Below, piece by piece: positions 37,271 to 47,926 of a stretch of DNA of 64,000 nucleotides (its first letter is position 1; each line of letters opens with the position of its first letter). Where the stretch lies: positions 32,001-96,000 of IMG/VR virus record IMGVR_UViG_3300048929_000185. One strand, written 5' to 3'. The position numbers and the translations under genes were made by a program. The notes under the pieces are model-generated. The model was not told where the DNA came from. It was given only the letters and a program-made list of their open reading frames with translations, and searched no databases. Source of the stretch: a virus.

Positions 37271-38062
37271 ATTAAGAAAGATTATTTTACAAGGATACCC
37301 AATCAGTATATCAGGGGGGATATCCGCAAGTTATACGGAGTAAGCAGAAAGTTCTATATCACCTACATATTAATTGATCGTTATCGGTCACTTGAAGACT
37401 TTAGCTGGATTACGATAAAAAAGATACTTAACTATTATGGGCTGAAGAATACCAGGAATAAGCCAAAGGCGTTTAAAGAAATCTTAGATGTACTGGAATA
37501 CATGGTAAATAGCAAAATGATATCCATTGCTCAAGACATGGATTCTATTACATACGATACGGGGATTGAAGTAAAGATAATTTCAGACAACTTTGACTTC
37601 CCTAAAAATTTCTGCAAGTTTGAATTCTGTGTGTTTGATAAGATTATGGATTCGGATTCTGCAATCAATAACGAGACTTTGTTGCTGGCCTATATTTATA
37701 TCCTATCTTATATAGGCGAAAAAGGTGAACAGCATAAAGAAGAAAGCGACTATGAGTATTTAGAAAGGCTCAAAGAGTATCCAAGAGCATTCTTTAAAGA
37801 CATTAGTAATATGGCAAAAGATCTATCCATGTCAAAGGATACGATAACAAAATGCATTAATTATTTTTTATCTGAGCAAATGCTTGTGAAGAAAACGGTG
37901 GGAAGTATAAAAAAAGACGGTAAACCACCTCAGAACGTTCCAAATATTTATGTTTTAAATAATGATGAGTGCCAGCAAGAAATTGACTGGGCATTAGAAA
38001 AAATGAAAGAGATTTATAAAGTAGACTATTTTGATGAGATTAAAGGAGGAAATAAAAATTAA
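37271..38062 (+). CDS. Putative replication initiator (wHTH), probable ATT start
   Basis: Frame open 77 codons upstream of ATG 37502 to an ATT 6 nt after AAGGAGGG; FTRIPN N-terminus, HTH (SNMAKDLSMSKDTITKCI), PNIYVL. Confidence 0.6.
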   Translation: MKKDYFTRIPNQYIRGDIRKLYGVSRKFYITYILIDRYRSLEDFSWITIKKILNYYGLKNTRNKPKAFKEILDVLEYMVNSKMISIAQDMDSITYDTGIEVKIISDNFDFPKNFCKFEFCVFDKIMDSDSAINNETLLLAYIYILSYIGEKGEQHKEESDYEYLERLKEYPRAFFKDISNMAKDLSMSKDTITKCINYFLSEQMLVKKTVGSIKKDGKPPQNVPNIYVLNNDECQQEIDWALEKMKEIYKVDYFDEIKGGNKN

Positions 38063-38275
38063 ATGAATCATACGGTAGAAATCAACACATATCACTCCCA
38101 CACTAGGGATCAGCTCCACAAGGAATTTGCAGGTGAAATTACAGAAGGAAGTTTCAATACATATCAGAACGAGAACAAACGCATTTGGTTTACGAAAATG
38201 GAATCGCTTGAATGGAAAAGAATAAAAGAAGAAAAGCAAGCAAAAGAGCGTGCTGCATTGAAAGGAGAAAAATAA
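38063..38275 (+). CDS. Hypothetical phage protein
   Basis: ORF coupled to rep. Confidence 0.65.
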   Translation: MNHTVEINTYHSHTRDQLHKEFAGEITEGSFNTYQNENKRIWFTKMESLEWKRIKEEKQAKERAALKGEK

Positions 38276-38547
38276 TGTTTGAAAATGTAAAAATGGCACT
38301 TGGTTATTATAAGCCAGGTAAGGAATATTGGCTGAATATTGAAAAGATACATATTACTGATGAGTTTGCTTCTAAGAAAGTTGGCTGGAAAAAGATGCAG
38401 CGTAAAAAGAATTATTTTAGAAGGACTCGAAAATTTGAAAGTAAGGTTGTGTTAAATAAAGATTTTACTTTAGTAGACGGATATAGCACGTACTGTATTA
38501 TTGATGAACTTAAACTTGGCAAGGTTCCAGTTTGGTTTGAAGATTAA
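38275..38547 (+). CDS. Hypothetical protein (possible ParB-like fragment)
   Basis: VVLNKDFTLVDGYSTY; AAGGAG RBS. Confidence 0.65.
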   Translation: MFENVKMALGYYKPGKEYWLNIEKIHITDEFASKKVGWKKMQRKKNYFRRTRKFESKVVLNKDFTLVDGYSTYCIIDELKLGKVPVWFED

Positions 38548-38590
38548 AACAATACTCGCAAGGTTTTTAAATAAATAACAAAATTGAATA

Positions 38591-39445
38591 ATGGAGGGAT
38601 GTATTATTTTAACTTGTAAATTAGGAAGCGAATTTATTAATTGTTATGATGGCGGTCATGACCGGGAGCAACTCAAAAAATGGGCAGCAAAAAGAATATT
38701 ATTATGCCCCGCATGTGGAAAGCCGTATGAATATTGCCACGGCAAAGTAAAAATGCCTTATTTTAGGCATATGGATAAAGAAAAGTGTGAAGACTCATAT
38801 TCTGAACCAGAAACAGAAGAACATTTGATGGGCAAATGGAGATTGTATGAATGGATAAAGAAACAAAATGGAGTTACTGATGCATATTTAGAGGGATGGA
38901 TTCCAGAAACTAAACAGAGACCAGACATTGTATTTAGATACTATGGCGAAAAATGTGTAATTGAGTACCAGTGTAGCCCAATTAGCTCAGAATACTACGA
39001 AAGACATAATCTATATAAAAGTAGTGGAATTAAAGATGTTTGGATTTGTGGAGTGGAAAAATATATACAATGTTTACACGCCGGTAGTGGAGCTAAAAGG
39101 TTAAATGTATTAGAGGAAAGTTGTAAATTATATTTTAATTCTGAAACAAACCAATTTTATAAAATTGATCCAAGAATGACGAAAGAAGATTTTGATAAAA
39201 TACGAGATAACAAAAGATGTAAATTAATGAAAAATGTAAATGATTATGTTAATTGTAATATAAAAAAATACATCGAAGTTAAAAATTCTTCTCTTAGTTA
39301 TGATAAATTTTATAGATATCCGTCTCCTACAGGTAGAAGTTCAAGAAAGTATCCATACCCAGTTCCAGTGTTTAAGTATAGTCGTAATGTGTCTTTGGCG
39401 GAGTGTTTTGATTTAAATACGTTAGTGCTAAAAGGGATAATTTAA
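38591..39445 (+). CDS. CoiA-like zinc-finger PD-(D/E)xK nuclease
   Basis: LLCPACG..PYFRH, ETEEH..GK, QRPDI, IEYQCSPIS. Confidence 0.8.
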   Translation: MEGCIILTCKLGSEFINCYDGGHDREQLKKWAAKRILLCPACGKPYEYCHGKVKMPYFRHMDKEKCEDSYSEPETEEHLMGKWRLYEWIKKQNGVTDAYLEGWIPETKQRPDIVFRYYGEKCVIEYQCSPISSEYYERHNLYKSSGIKDVWICGVEKYIQCLHAGSGAKRLNVLEESCKLYFNSETNQFYKIDPRMTKEDFDKIRDNKRCKLMKNVNDYVNCNIKKYIEVKNSSLSYDKFYRYPSPTGRSSRKYPYPVPVFKYSRNVSLAECFDLNTLVLKGII

Positions 39446-39458
39446 GGAGGGAAACAAA

Positions 39459-42400
39459 TTGAGTAAAGCAAAAGTATCTCCAAGATTTATTTTAAAGATT
39501 CATTCAGCTAGATTAAGAAGAAATAACTGGAAACTAAGTTTAACAATTAGTCAGGCAAGGGAAAACAATGAACTTATCTCTCTGAATGATAGTCAAATGC
39601 TTCGATGGTTAGATGAACTGAATAATATTAAAAATCCAAATATATATACCGAGTATTTAAAAGATAAGATAAAAAAATTAAAATATGACGATGATATCAA
39701 AAAAACACAAAGAGAAATTAAAATGCTTTTGAGTGAAATTGATGATTTACTATACAAGCGAGATTATGTATGCATTGTGATTGATAAGATATCAGATTTT
39801 GACAAATTACATTTAAATGGATTTGAATTAAATAATAAGAAATACGTGAGATTACTCGGTACTACTGGTGGAGTAAAAAATGAAACAGTTGTATTTATAA
39901 GTGAAAAACATGCAGGTGAGATTAGACGGCGTATAAACAATGAAAGGGATGAAACGAAGGAATTTTCTCCTGCAAAATTAGAAGCATATAAATCTTTGAC
40001 TTGTAGTGCTTCTACTCCGGTGTCGTATCCAAAAGGAATTTGTGTAGTACATGACTGTATTACTCATTTTAATTCAGATGTTATTTTATTAGATGATACA
40101 GACATAGATCAACCAAAAATGATTTTTAAAAAAGATGAGCTAATAGAGTTAATTGACAGCGATGGATACGGTTTGGGAATGCCTTCGTTAATGGAACGCT
40201 GGGGAAGTGAATTGGGGGAAGATTATATTCTGCCAGGCTGTGTTATAAGAAATAGCTTCTGTAAGGGCGCTGTATTCTGCGTCGACTTCCAAAAATTTGC
40301 AAGAGATAGAGGAATAAAATACATACAAGACGTGTGGGGAACTTGGCACCACGTTCACAACATAGAATTAATTTTAACTGAATCTATGTTAAAACTATGG
40401 GATTCTTATCACTCTATTTATACATATCTGTACAATTGCAAAAAAAACCATTATGATTTTGCAATAACAAAAGCATCTGAAGAAAACTTAGAAAATGTTA
40501 GAAATATGAACTATCAGTTTTTACAAAGTTACGATTTTACTGACAAAGATTTAGATGAGTTAATATCTCCTACTATATCTGAAATAAATGATATTCTTTC
40601 TGGAGATTATAGAAAAACCATACTATACACAAAAGGAACTCATTTGACAAATAGAACGGTACAGCATCTCGACTCATCTTTCGCAACGGCTCTTATGATA
40701 GATGAGAGAATGAAAGACGACCCGTATATACAAAATCAAATTAATAAAATGATAAATAAGCGAATAAACGAAGCAAAAGTTGGAGTGTTAACTGTTCCAG
40801 CTAATTATTCATTGGTGTGCGGAGATCCTTACTCTTTGTGTCAATCAATGTTTGGAATTAAAATAACTGGATTATTGAAATCTGGTCAGGTATATTCAAA
40901 ATACTGGATTAACAGCGGAGTTTATAAAGTATCTAGTTTTCGCGCACCAATGACGTGTCATAATAATATTAGATTGTTGGAAGTTGTTCATGACGACGAA
41001 ATGGACGATTTTTACAAGTATATGACAACTATTACAATTTTTAATAGCTGGGACACGTCTGATAAAGCCATGAATGGCATGGATAAGGATTTGATTAATT
41101 TCTGTCCTTGTAAAACTTGGTGAACCTAGATATCTAGGGTGTACATATTACGGATAGGAACTGTAGGAAATGACAGTTAGAATATGTGCTAACGGGGGAG
41201 GGTTTAATATCCTAATCGCCGTGCTAAAAATCAAATAATTATTTGATTTATGTGGAACGACTATCGAAAGGATAATTACGAAGAAATATCGTAGTGAATA
41301 ACCGAGTAGAGTACATAATGTTTGAAATATCATTATGGAAGCGCCAAGGCTCAGTATGACGGTAAAAGAAATATTGAGTATGATATAGTCTATTCCCCTA
41401 ATAAATATCGGGAAACCGAGGGTAGATAAGGGCGACTGTGTAATCAATACATCAATGGACGTTATTGTAAGGAACACAAAACAACTGCCGGCGATTATGT
41501 GTGTGCAACGAAAAGCTCCAAAATGTGTGCCTACTGAAGATGATTTTTTTCAATCAAACATAAATAGCTTTGGGAACGATGTTGGTTCAACAACAAACAA
41601 AATAACCTCAATGTTTGAAGTTCAATCTCGTTATCCTGTTGGAAGTAGAGAATACAATATTTTGGATTATAGGATTAAGTGTGGGCAGCTTTATCAGCAA
41701 AATGCGATAGACAAGACAAAAGGAATAGATGCAAAGCCTATGCCAGAGTCTTGGAGCGATTGGGCTTCTAACCGTCTAAGTAAACGAAATAAAGAAGGAA
41801 AAATCGAATTACTTGATTTACCAAATGACGAGAGAAAAAAAAGAGTATTTAATCGCAATGTAATCGCAGATAAGAAACCTTATTTTATGCGTTACATCTA
41901 TCCGCAGTGCGATAAAGAGTATATGAATTATATTAAATACACATCTGAAAAATGTAGGATTAAATTTGACAAATCTTTAGACGAATTAATTCAATGCAAA
42001 TCAAAAACAGATGAAGAAAGTAGATTTTTTGATTATTATGAGAGTCACTTTCCTTTAGGAATGAGTCCGTGTGTAGTAAATAGGATTTGCTGGAAAATCG
42101 AAAAAGAATTTGATGGTAAATTAAATACAGATTCACGTAAAGAGTTTGATTATTCGATTCTGCAAAGTACTGGTGTTATATACTCAACAGATTTGTATAA
42201 AAAAATACAAAAAATATATAAAGATTATAAAACTGTATCTTCAAGATATTCGGCAGAAGCAAAAAATAAACGTATTAAATCAGACGAAAGACGATTACAA
42301 AGATATGCCATTAAAAGTACATTTATTAATATGTGCTTAATTGCTTGCCCGGATGAAGATATTTTATGTAATATTATATTAGACATGTGCTACAAAAATA

Positions 42401-42597
42401 ATTCGTCAAAACAGTTTGCGTGGGATGTATGTGGAAAAACATTTATTAAAAATTTACTCAGATTAAATGATTTTAAAATTTCGTATCCAACAAAATCGGG
42501 TGATGGTGACATAATTTTTAATGGTGAAAAATTTAAAATTGAAACCTGTGATATAAAAGTTGAAGTAAATGTTGATGATTCGGAGGAAAATGAATGA
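39459..42597 (+). CDS. YonO-like single-subunit DNA-dependent RNA polymerase (exons 39459-41090 and 41431-42597; about 932 aa)
   Basis: DGYG, IRNSFCKG, RAP motifs; splicing restores MNGMDKDGD; later GSTTN and QQNAIDKTKG; SPbeta-like context. Confidence 0.88.
41091..41430 (+). ncRNA. Group I self-splicing intron, 340 nt, no ORF
   Basis: Exon ends in U pairing with G in P1 (AAGGAT/GTCCTT); P3 CTTGGTG/CGCCAAG; P7 GACTAT 41259/ATAGTC 41385; GAAA-capped P9; terminal G; removal restores the frame. Confidence 0.92.
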
Positions 42598-43364
42598 GCT
42601 TAATATTAAATGAGGTTAAATATGTAGAAGAAATTTTAAAAACAGGCGAAGTGGGCAGAAAGCCTTCTTCTACCCTGTTATTACTTGCAAAATATTATTA
42701 TAACGAAAAATGCTTAAGAGACAAAGAAATTGAGATAAAACTTGATGAGTTTATGAATAAAAATTATCCAAACTATAATAAAGTGTTTTGGGAAAATAGT
42801 ATTGAATCATATTCAAAAAAGGCTGGTAAGTACACATTAAATAAAATTGAAGAAATTCCAATTACGGAGTTAGAGTTAAAAGTGATTGCATCTGTATGTG
42901 ATTCAAGATTGGAAAGGTTTTTATTCACGATGCTGTGTTATGCAAAGGCTTATGATATGATAAATGATAAAAATAATGGGTGGATAAATACAGATCTATC
43001 AGTTATCTACAATACTGCAAGATTAAGGGCGAGGAGGAGCGATGATCGGTTCCATATGGTAAATCAATTATTAAAACTATCTTATGGGCAAAACAATGAT
43101 TTATTAATATCGATATCTCAAAAAAATACCAATAGAAATATAAAAATAAACTTTATAGATTTTTCAAATAACGTAGTTTTACATATATCAGATTTAAGAG
43201 AACTTGGGTACGAATATATGTTGTATAAAGGAGACAATTTTGTCAGATGTGAGAAATGTGGGCGATTAATTAGAAAGAAAAAAAACAAAAAATATTGTTC
43301 TGAGTGTTCTGTTTTAGCAAGAAATGATAGACAGAAAGAATATATGAGAATAAGAAGATGTTAG
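42594..43364 (+). CDS. Conserved hypothetical protein with C-terminal zinc ribbon, coupled to the RNAP gene
   Basis: ATGA overlap; CEKCG...YCSEC. Confidence 0.8.
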   Translation: MSLILNEVKYVEEILKTGEVGRKPSSTLLLLAKYYYNEKCLRDKEIEIKLDEFMNKNYPNYNKVFWENSIESYSKKAGKYTLNKIEEIPITELELKVIASVCDSRLERFLFTMLCYAKAYDMINDKNNGWINTDLSVIYNTARLRARRSDDRFHMVNQLLKLSYGQNNDLLISISQKNTNRNIKINFIDFSNNVVLHISDLRELGYEYMLYKGDNFVRCEKCGRLIRKKKNKKYCSECSVLARNDRQKEYMRIRRC

Positions 43365-43597
43365 TATGTTAGCTTTTTTAAATTAAATAAAATCCCACGA
43401 AAGCCTTGATTTTACTGGGTTTTAATGGTCTATTAAATATGGTGTGTTTTTCCTTATTATGATAGATATAATGTATCGTAAGTTGTCGTAAGCTATCGCA
43501 GTTTATTGTAAATTTATTTTTCATATTCTTTTCCTTTCAGTGGCTGTACTTGTGTAATGCGAGTATGGTCACTGACCCTTTCTAAAATAATTATTAT

Positions 43598-43681
43598 GCT
43601 AGAATAATTCGGACGGCTCCGGAACCTGCCTTGAAAACAGTGAGTGCTTAACGGCATGGGGATCGACACCTCATTCTAGTG
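43598..43681 (+). tRNA. tRNA-Ser(UGA), atypical (8/4-type fold possible), no encoded CCA
   Basis: Acceptor GCTAGAAT/ATTCTAGT, D arm TTCGGA/TCCGGA, anticodon loop CTTGAAA, long variable arm, T arm GGGG-ATCGACA-CCTC, discriminator G. Confidence 0.7.
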
Positions 43682-43725
43682 CTACTCTCCTACGAAGGAG
43701 AAAATTAATAAGGAAGAAGGTAGTT

Positions 43726-43920
43726 ATTATTTTACAGATTTCACAAAAAGAAGCAGAATATCTTGAATCCAAAGGTTTAAAATTTGGAACAAACTCGGAG
43801 GGGGATATTCACAGAACATATTCTGGGCATCACAAGTATTGGTGTACTGAATCATCTTATGCAAAGAAGTTATTATTTGAGTATCGTAAATCTCGCATTC
43901 TAAAGACTGTCGAGAAATAA
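43726..43920 (+). CDS. Small hypothetical protein without ATG (ATT start)
   Basis: 64-codon open frame IILQISQKEAEYLESKG... after AGGAAGAAGG. Confidence 0.6.
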   Translation: MILQISQKEAEYLESKGLKFGTNSEGDIHRTYSGHHKYWCTESSYAKKLLFEYRKSRILKTVEK

Positions 43921-43931
43921 TCTAAAGAAAG

Positions 43932-45374
43932 GTGGTTTTGACCATCGCAAAGAAAAAAGAAAAAATTTCAGTATCATTTGTTGATGAACCGGCTAGTGAG
44001 GACGTAACTGGCAGTTGTGTTTATATCGAAACACCAAACCATAAGATTTTACTTGATATGGGTTTACATCAATCAAATAATAAATACGAAGATTTTTTAG
44101 TAAATAACAGAAAGTTTGCGAAATTCAAAGCAAAAGACATTGACTTAGTTTTTATATCACACTTGCATGGAGATCATTGTCTTGCCGTACCAAAACTATA
44201 CAGAGATGGGTTTAGAGGGGCAACTGTGCTACCCAGAAGCTCTAAAGGTGTATTTAAGACCATGGCAAGCGATTCAGCCTACATCGCAGAACGGGATATA
44301 TTTGTCATAAATGATCAAAATAGTAAAAATTATAACCCGCTTTATGATATTTCAGACGTAAATACAATGCTTGAATATACTATCGAAAGACCCATCGGAG
44401 AAAAGATATTTATAGACGACGAGCTATCTTTTATGTTTGTTCCAAGCGGGCATTTATTAAATAGTTGTCAGATCATTCTTTATATTACAGTCGATGGATT
44501 AACAAAAACTATCGTTTATACGGGCGATATTGGCAATAAAAAGATAGACAATTATTTCGTAGGTAAATTTGAGATGGTACCGTCATGCGACATATTGATT
44601 GGAGAATCTACATATGGAGATAGACCAGATTTAAAGACTGGCAAAAAAGAGCGTGACAATGATCTAAATAAGTTAAAATCGGTTATTGATAGACAGATAA
44701 AAGAAATGAATGGTAGGGTGTTGATCCCATCATTTGCGCAGTCAAGAATTCAGCAGTTAGCATTGATGATTTATGAACTCTATAAAAATGAGCCATGGCA
44801 GCCAAAAGTATATATCGACTCCCCTCTTGCTATCTCAATATTTAAAGATTATGCTGAAATATTGGAAGGCGATGATAAGAAGAAATTCGATGAAATGCTT
44901 AAATGGGAAAATCTAGTATTCGTTAAAGAAACACAGGCCAGTAAAGCGCTAGTATCTTCAATTGAGCCATGTTGCATTCTTTCAACTGCTGGAATGTGTC
45001 AGGTTGGTCGTGTGAGACATCATTTAAAGTCTTTGGTTGGGAATCCAAATGCTACTATTCTATTTGTTGGCTTTAGTACTGAAGGCAGCCTTGCGAGTAT
45101 GTTAAAGGACAATAAAAGAAAATCAATCACAATTGATGGCAAAGAATACGATTGCAGATGTAGTTCTTATAGTCTTAAAAGCATGTCAGGACACGCACCA
45201 TTTGATCAGTTAGTGGATATTTATTCATCTATAAACTGTAATAAAATTGTACTGCACCATGGTAGTAGGGAAGCAAAAGAAACATTAGCGCTGGCACTTA
45301 AAAATGAATTAGAAAAGAAATGTAAGTCAACCCGCGTAATTATTTCTAATTCAAGCTTGAGATTTTCATTATAA
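43932..45374 (+). CDS. MBL-fold beta-CASP ribonuclease
   Basis: LDMG, SHLHGDH, SGH, YTGD, ESTYG, MSGHA, LHHG. Confidence 0.92.
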   Translation: MVLTIAKKKEKISVSFVDEPASEDVTGSCVYIETPNHKILLDMGLHQSNNKYEDFLVNNRKFAKFKAKDIDLVFISHLHGDHCLAVPKLYRDGFRGATVLPRSSKGVFKTMASDSAYIAERDIFVINDQNSKNYNPLYDISDVNTMLEYTIERPIGEKIFIDDELSFMFVPSGHLLNSCQIILYITVDGLTKTIVYTGDIGNKKIDNYFVGKFEMVPSCDILIGESTYGDRPDLKTGKKERDNDLNKLKSVIDRQIKEMNGRVLIPSFAQSRIQQLALMIYELYKNEPWQPKVYIDSPLAISIFKDYAEILEGDDKKKFDEMLKWENLVFVKETQASKALVSSIEPCCILSTAGMCQVGRVRHHLKSLVGNPNATILFVGFSTEGSLASMLKDNKRKSITIDGKEYDCRCSSYSLKSMSGHAPFDQLVDIYSSINCNKIVLHHGSREAKETLALALKNELEKKCKSTRVIISNSSLRFSL

Positions 45375-45401
45375 AATAAATCATAGGAAGAAGGTTTTAT
45401 T

Positions 45402-46016
45402 ATAGACGAATTATTATTAACATTACCTACGAATTTAGAAAATATGCAATTACCTGCTCCAGAAATGGTAAATTATTGGAGACTTGCCGAAAATCGTACA
45501 TTTTATATTGATTATGAAATTGATACTGGTGTATTAGAAATTCAAAAGGCAATTATAAATATAAATCGAGAAGACAAAGGAAAACCAGTAGAAAAACGGA
45601 TTCCGATTAAGATTTTTATTCAGTCACCAGGCGGTTGTTTATATAGTACATACAGTCTCGTCGATACAATTCTTGCATCTGTAACACCTGTTATTACAGT
45701 AAATATGGGTATCGCTCTTTCAGGCGGATTTTTATTATTTATCGCTGGATCTAAAAGATATTGCCTATCAAGATCGCAAGCAATGCTACATACCGGTTCT
45801 ACTGGCGTACAGGGAACATTTGAGCAGGTGGAGGAATCTCAAAAGACATATCGCAAGCAGATTCAGCAAATGGGCGAATATATTTTGTCTCGTACAAAAA
45901 TTGATCAGAAGACTTTTAGTAAAAATAAAAGTAAAGATTGGTATTTTGATGCAGCTGAACAGGTTGAATATGGTATAGCAGATAGTATATTAAATAGTTT
46001 AGACGAAATAATTTAA
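45402..46016 (+). CDS. clpP: ClpP-family protease subunit
   Basis: IQSPGG, ALSGG (Ser), MLH (His), DWYF (Asp), YGIAD; frame open upstream to ATA 45402. Confidence 0.85.
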   Translation: MDELLLTLPTNLENMQLPAPEMVNYWRLAENRTFYIDYEIDTGVLEIQKAIININREDKGKPVEKRIPIKIFIQSPGGCLYSTYSLVDTILASVTPVITVNMGIALSGGFLLFIAGSKRYCLSRSQAMLHTGSTGVQGTFEQVEESQKTYRKQIQQMGEYILSRTKIDQKTFSKNKSKDWYFDAAEQVEYGIADSILNSLDEII

Positions 46017-46139
46017 TTTTTTTATTTTACATATTTTTTCGTATATTCTTACGTATCTCATTTTATCACGTAATATACTATTCGCACAATAGTAAATATC
46101 AACAATAATATATCAATTATTTTGGAGGAAATTAACAAA

Positions 46140-46334
46140 ATGGTAACTCATAAAGACGTAGAACCCAAAGTAACTGCGGGTAAAAGAAATATTTTGATTA
46201 AAGATGTATCAATCGATGGAGAATTGTTAGTTGACGAAAACGGTTCTATCGCACCGGAGTTGAAAAAGAATTTACCTGACTGGGTACATAAATTCGATAT
46301 GAAAATTAGCATTGAACTTCCAGACGAAGAATAA
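46140..46334 (+). CDS. Small YonK-like hypothetical protein
   Basis: GGAGG RBS; position before the phosphoesterase as in SPbeta. Confidence 0.6.
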   Translation: MVTHKDVEPKVTAGKRNILIKDVSIDGELLVDENGSIAPELKKNLPDWVHKFDMKISIELPDEE

Positions 46335-46339
46335 GAAGG

Positions 46340-47566
46340 GTGGGGACAAAAATAAATAATCAGGCTTTGATACAACCAAATGAAAGTCCAAAGGCTTATA
46401 GAATACGATTATATAAAAATAGAGATTTATATGGCTTGACAAATACTGAAATCGGTAAATTATGTAACGAAGCTTTTGGCGTAAATTGGGACGAATCTGC
46501 CCACCGAAAGAAAACAAAGAATTATTTAGATGGATATAATGATGCCAAAGATGAATTAGGTACTCCTGATAAGCAATTACAGGGCATGATTGAAGAAAAC
46601 AAAACCTTAAAACGTGAAGCACAGCGAGAACTTATGAAAGTGCAGACCGAAAAGCTCGAATATGCCCGATGGCAGCGTGAACTTGCTAGAGATGAACTGT
46701 TTGAAGAAAAAGTATTACAGGCAATTAGAGATAATTCTAAAATAATTATTCCAGAAGATATTCCTGTAGTACATAACAAACGTGCTGGACAGTTAAACTT
46801 TGCCGACTCTCATTTTGGAAAGGAATTTAAGATTTATGGACTTTTTGATGAAGTTATAAACGAATATAGCCCTGAAATCTATTATTCCAGAATGGAGCAA
46901 ATATATAATCAGACAGTTGAAATTATTGAAAATGAAAAACTGTCAGAAATTCATGTTAATAATCTCGGAGATCATATTGAGGGATTTATAAGACACTCTC
47001 AGTTATGGAGTCTTCGTTACGGAGCTATTGATAGTGCTATTATCTTTGGTAATTATCTTGGGAATTGGCTCAACAAACTCTCCAAGTTAGTTAATGTGGT
47101 ATATCATCAAACGGACGGAAATCACGACGAATTTCGGCTTCTGGACGGAAAAAAGAATGAGCATTTATGTGATACGGCAGGTAAAATTGTTAGAAATAAT
47201 ATCATTACAAAGAATGAAAATAATCCAAACTTCAAATATGTAGAAAATAAGACTGGATTTATTTTTGATTCTATTGCTGGATATAACATTTTAGGAATTC
47301 ATGGAGAAGTTTCAAATTTAGCACAGGCTTTAAAGGATTTTTCTGATATTTATGATGTGCGTATTGACTACATAATTGGAGGACATAAACATCGTAATGA
47401 CTTTATAAATTGTGGAGTAAGACGTGGAGCTATGACGGTTGGATCAATTGTTGGAAGCGATGATTTTTCTATGAGAATTAGGAAATCGGCTGATGCCACC
47501 GCTTCTTTTGTGATTTATGAAGAAGGAAAAGGCAAGGTATGTGAACATACACTTGTATTAAATTAA
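46340..47566 (+). CDS. Calcineurin-like metallophosphoesterase with coiled-coil N-terminus (YonJ-like)
   Basis: ADSHFG, LGDHIEG, GNHD, IHG, GHKH. Confidence 0.85.
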   Translation: MGTKINNQALIQPNESPKAYRIRLYKNRDLYGLTNTEIGKLCNEAFGVNWDESAHRKKTKNYLDGYNDAKDELGTPDKQLQGMIEENKTLKREAQRELMKVQTEKLEYARWQRELARDELFEEKVLQAIRDNSKIIIPEDIPVVHNKRAGQLNFADSHFGKEFKIYGLFDEVINEYSPEIYYSRMEQIYNQTVEIIENEKLSEIHVNNLGDHIEGFIRHSQLWSLRYGAIDSAIIFGNYLGNWLNKLSKLVNVVYHQTDGNHDEFRLLDGKKNEHLCDTAGKIVRNNIITKNENNPNFKYVENKTGFIFDSIAGYNILGIHGEVSNLAQALKDFSDIYDVRIDYIIGGHKHRNDFINCGVRRGAMTVGSIVGSDDFSMRIRKSADATASFVIYEEGKGKVCEHTLVLN

Positions 47567-47638
47567 TTATTCGCGGAGAGTATGGCGCTCTCCTATTTTA
47601 TTACAAAAAAAAATAAAATTAAGGAGATTTATAAAAAT

Positions 47639-47914
47639 ATGACAAAGACAGAATTCATTTCAGAAGTAGCTACAAGAGTAAACGTGAGCAAATTACAGGC
47701 TGAAGATTTAGTAAAAGCCTTTTTAGAAACAGTAGAAGAAACACTGGTTAAAGATGATAGGCTTCAGCTTACCGGATTCGGGACATTCGAGGTTGTTGAA
47801 CGTGCTGCCAGAGAAGGTAGAAATCCTAAAGATGGTACTCCACTTCGCATTGAAGCTTCAAAATCTCCCAAATTTAAACCTGGCAAGTCTCTGAAGGATT
47901 CCTTAAATAGATAG
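47639..47914 (+). CDS. hup: HU family DNA-binding protein
   Basis: MTKTEFI...GFGTFEV..RAAREGRNPK..PKFKPGKSLKD. Confidence 0.95.
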   Translation: MTKTEFISEVATRVNVSKLQAEDLVKAFLETVEETLVKDDRLQLTGFGTFEVVERAAREGRNPKDGTPLRIEASKSPKFKPGKSLKDSLNR

Positions 47915-47926
47915 GTGGTGTTATAA

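Noticed and set aside
41148-41477. 109-aa minus-strand ORF inside the RNAP gene as an intron endonuclease
   Set aside because: Antisense to the intron core, with no HNH, GIY-YIG or LAGLIDADG motif
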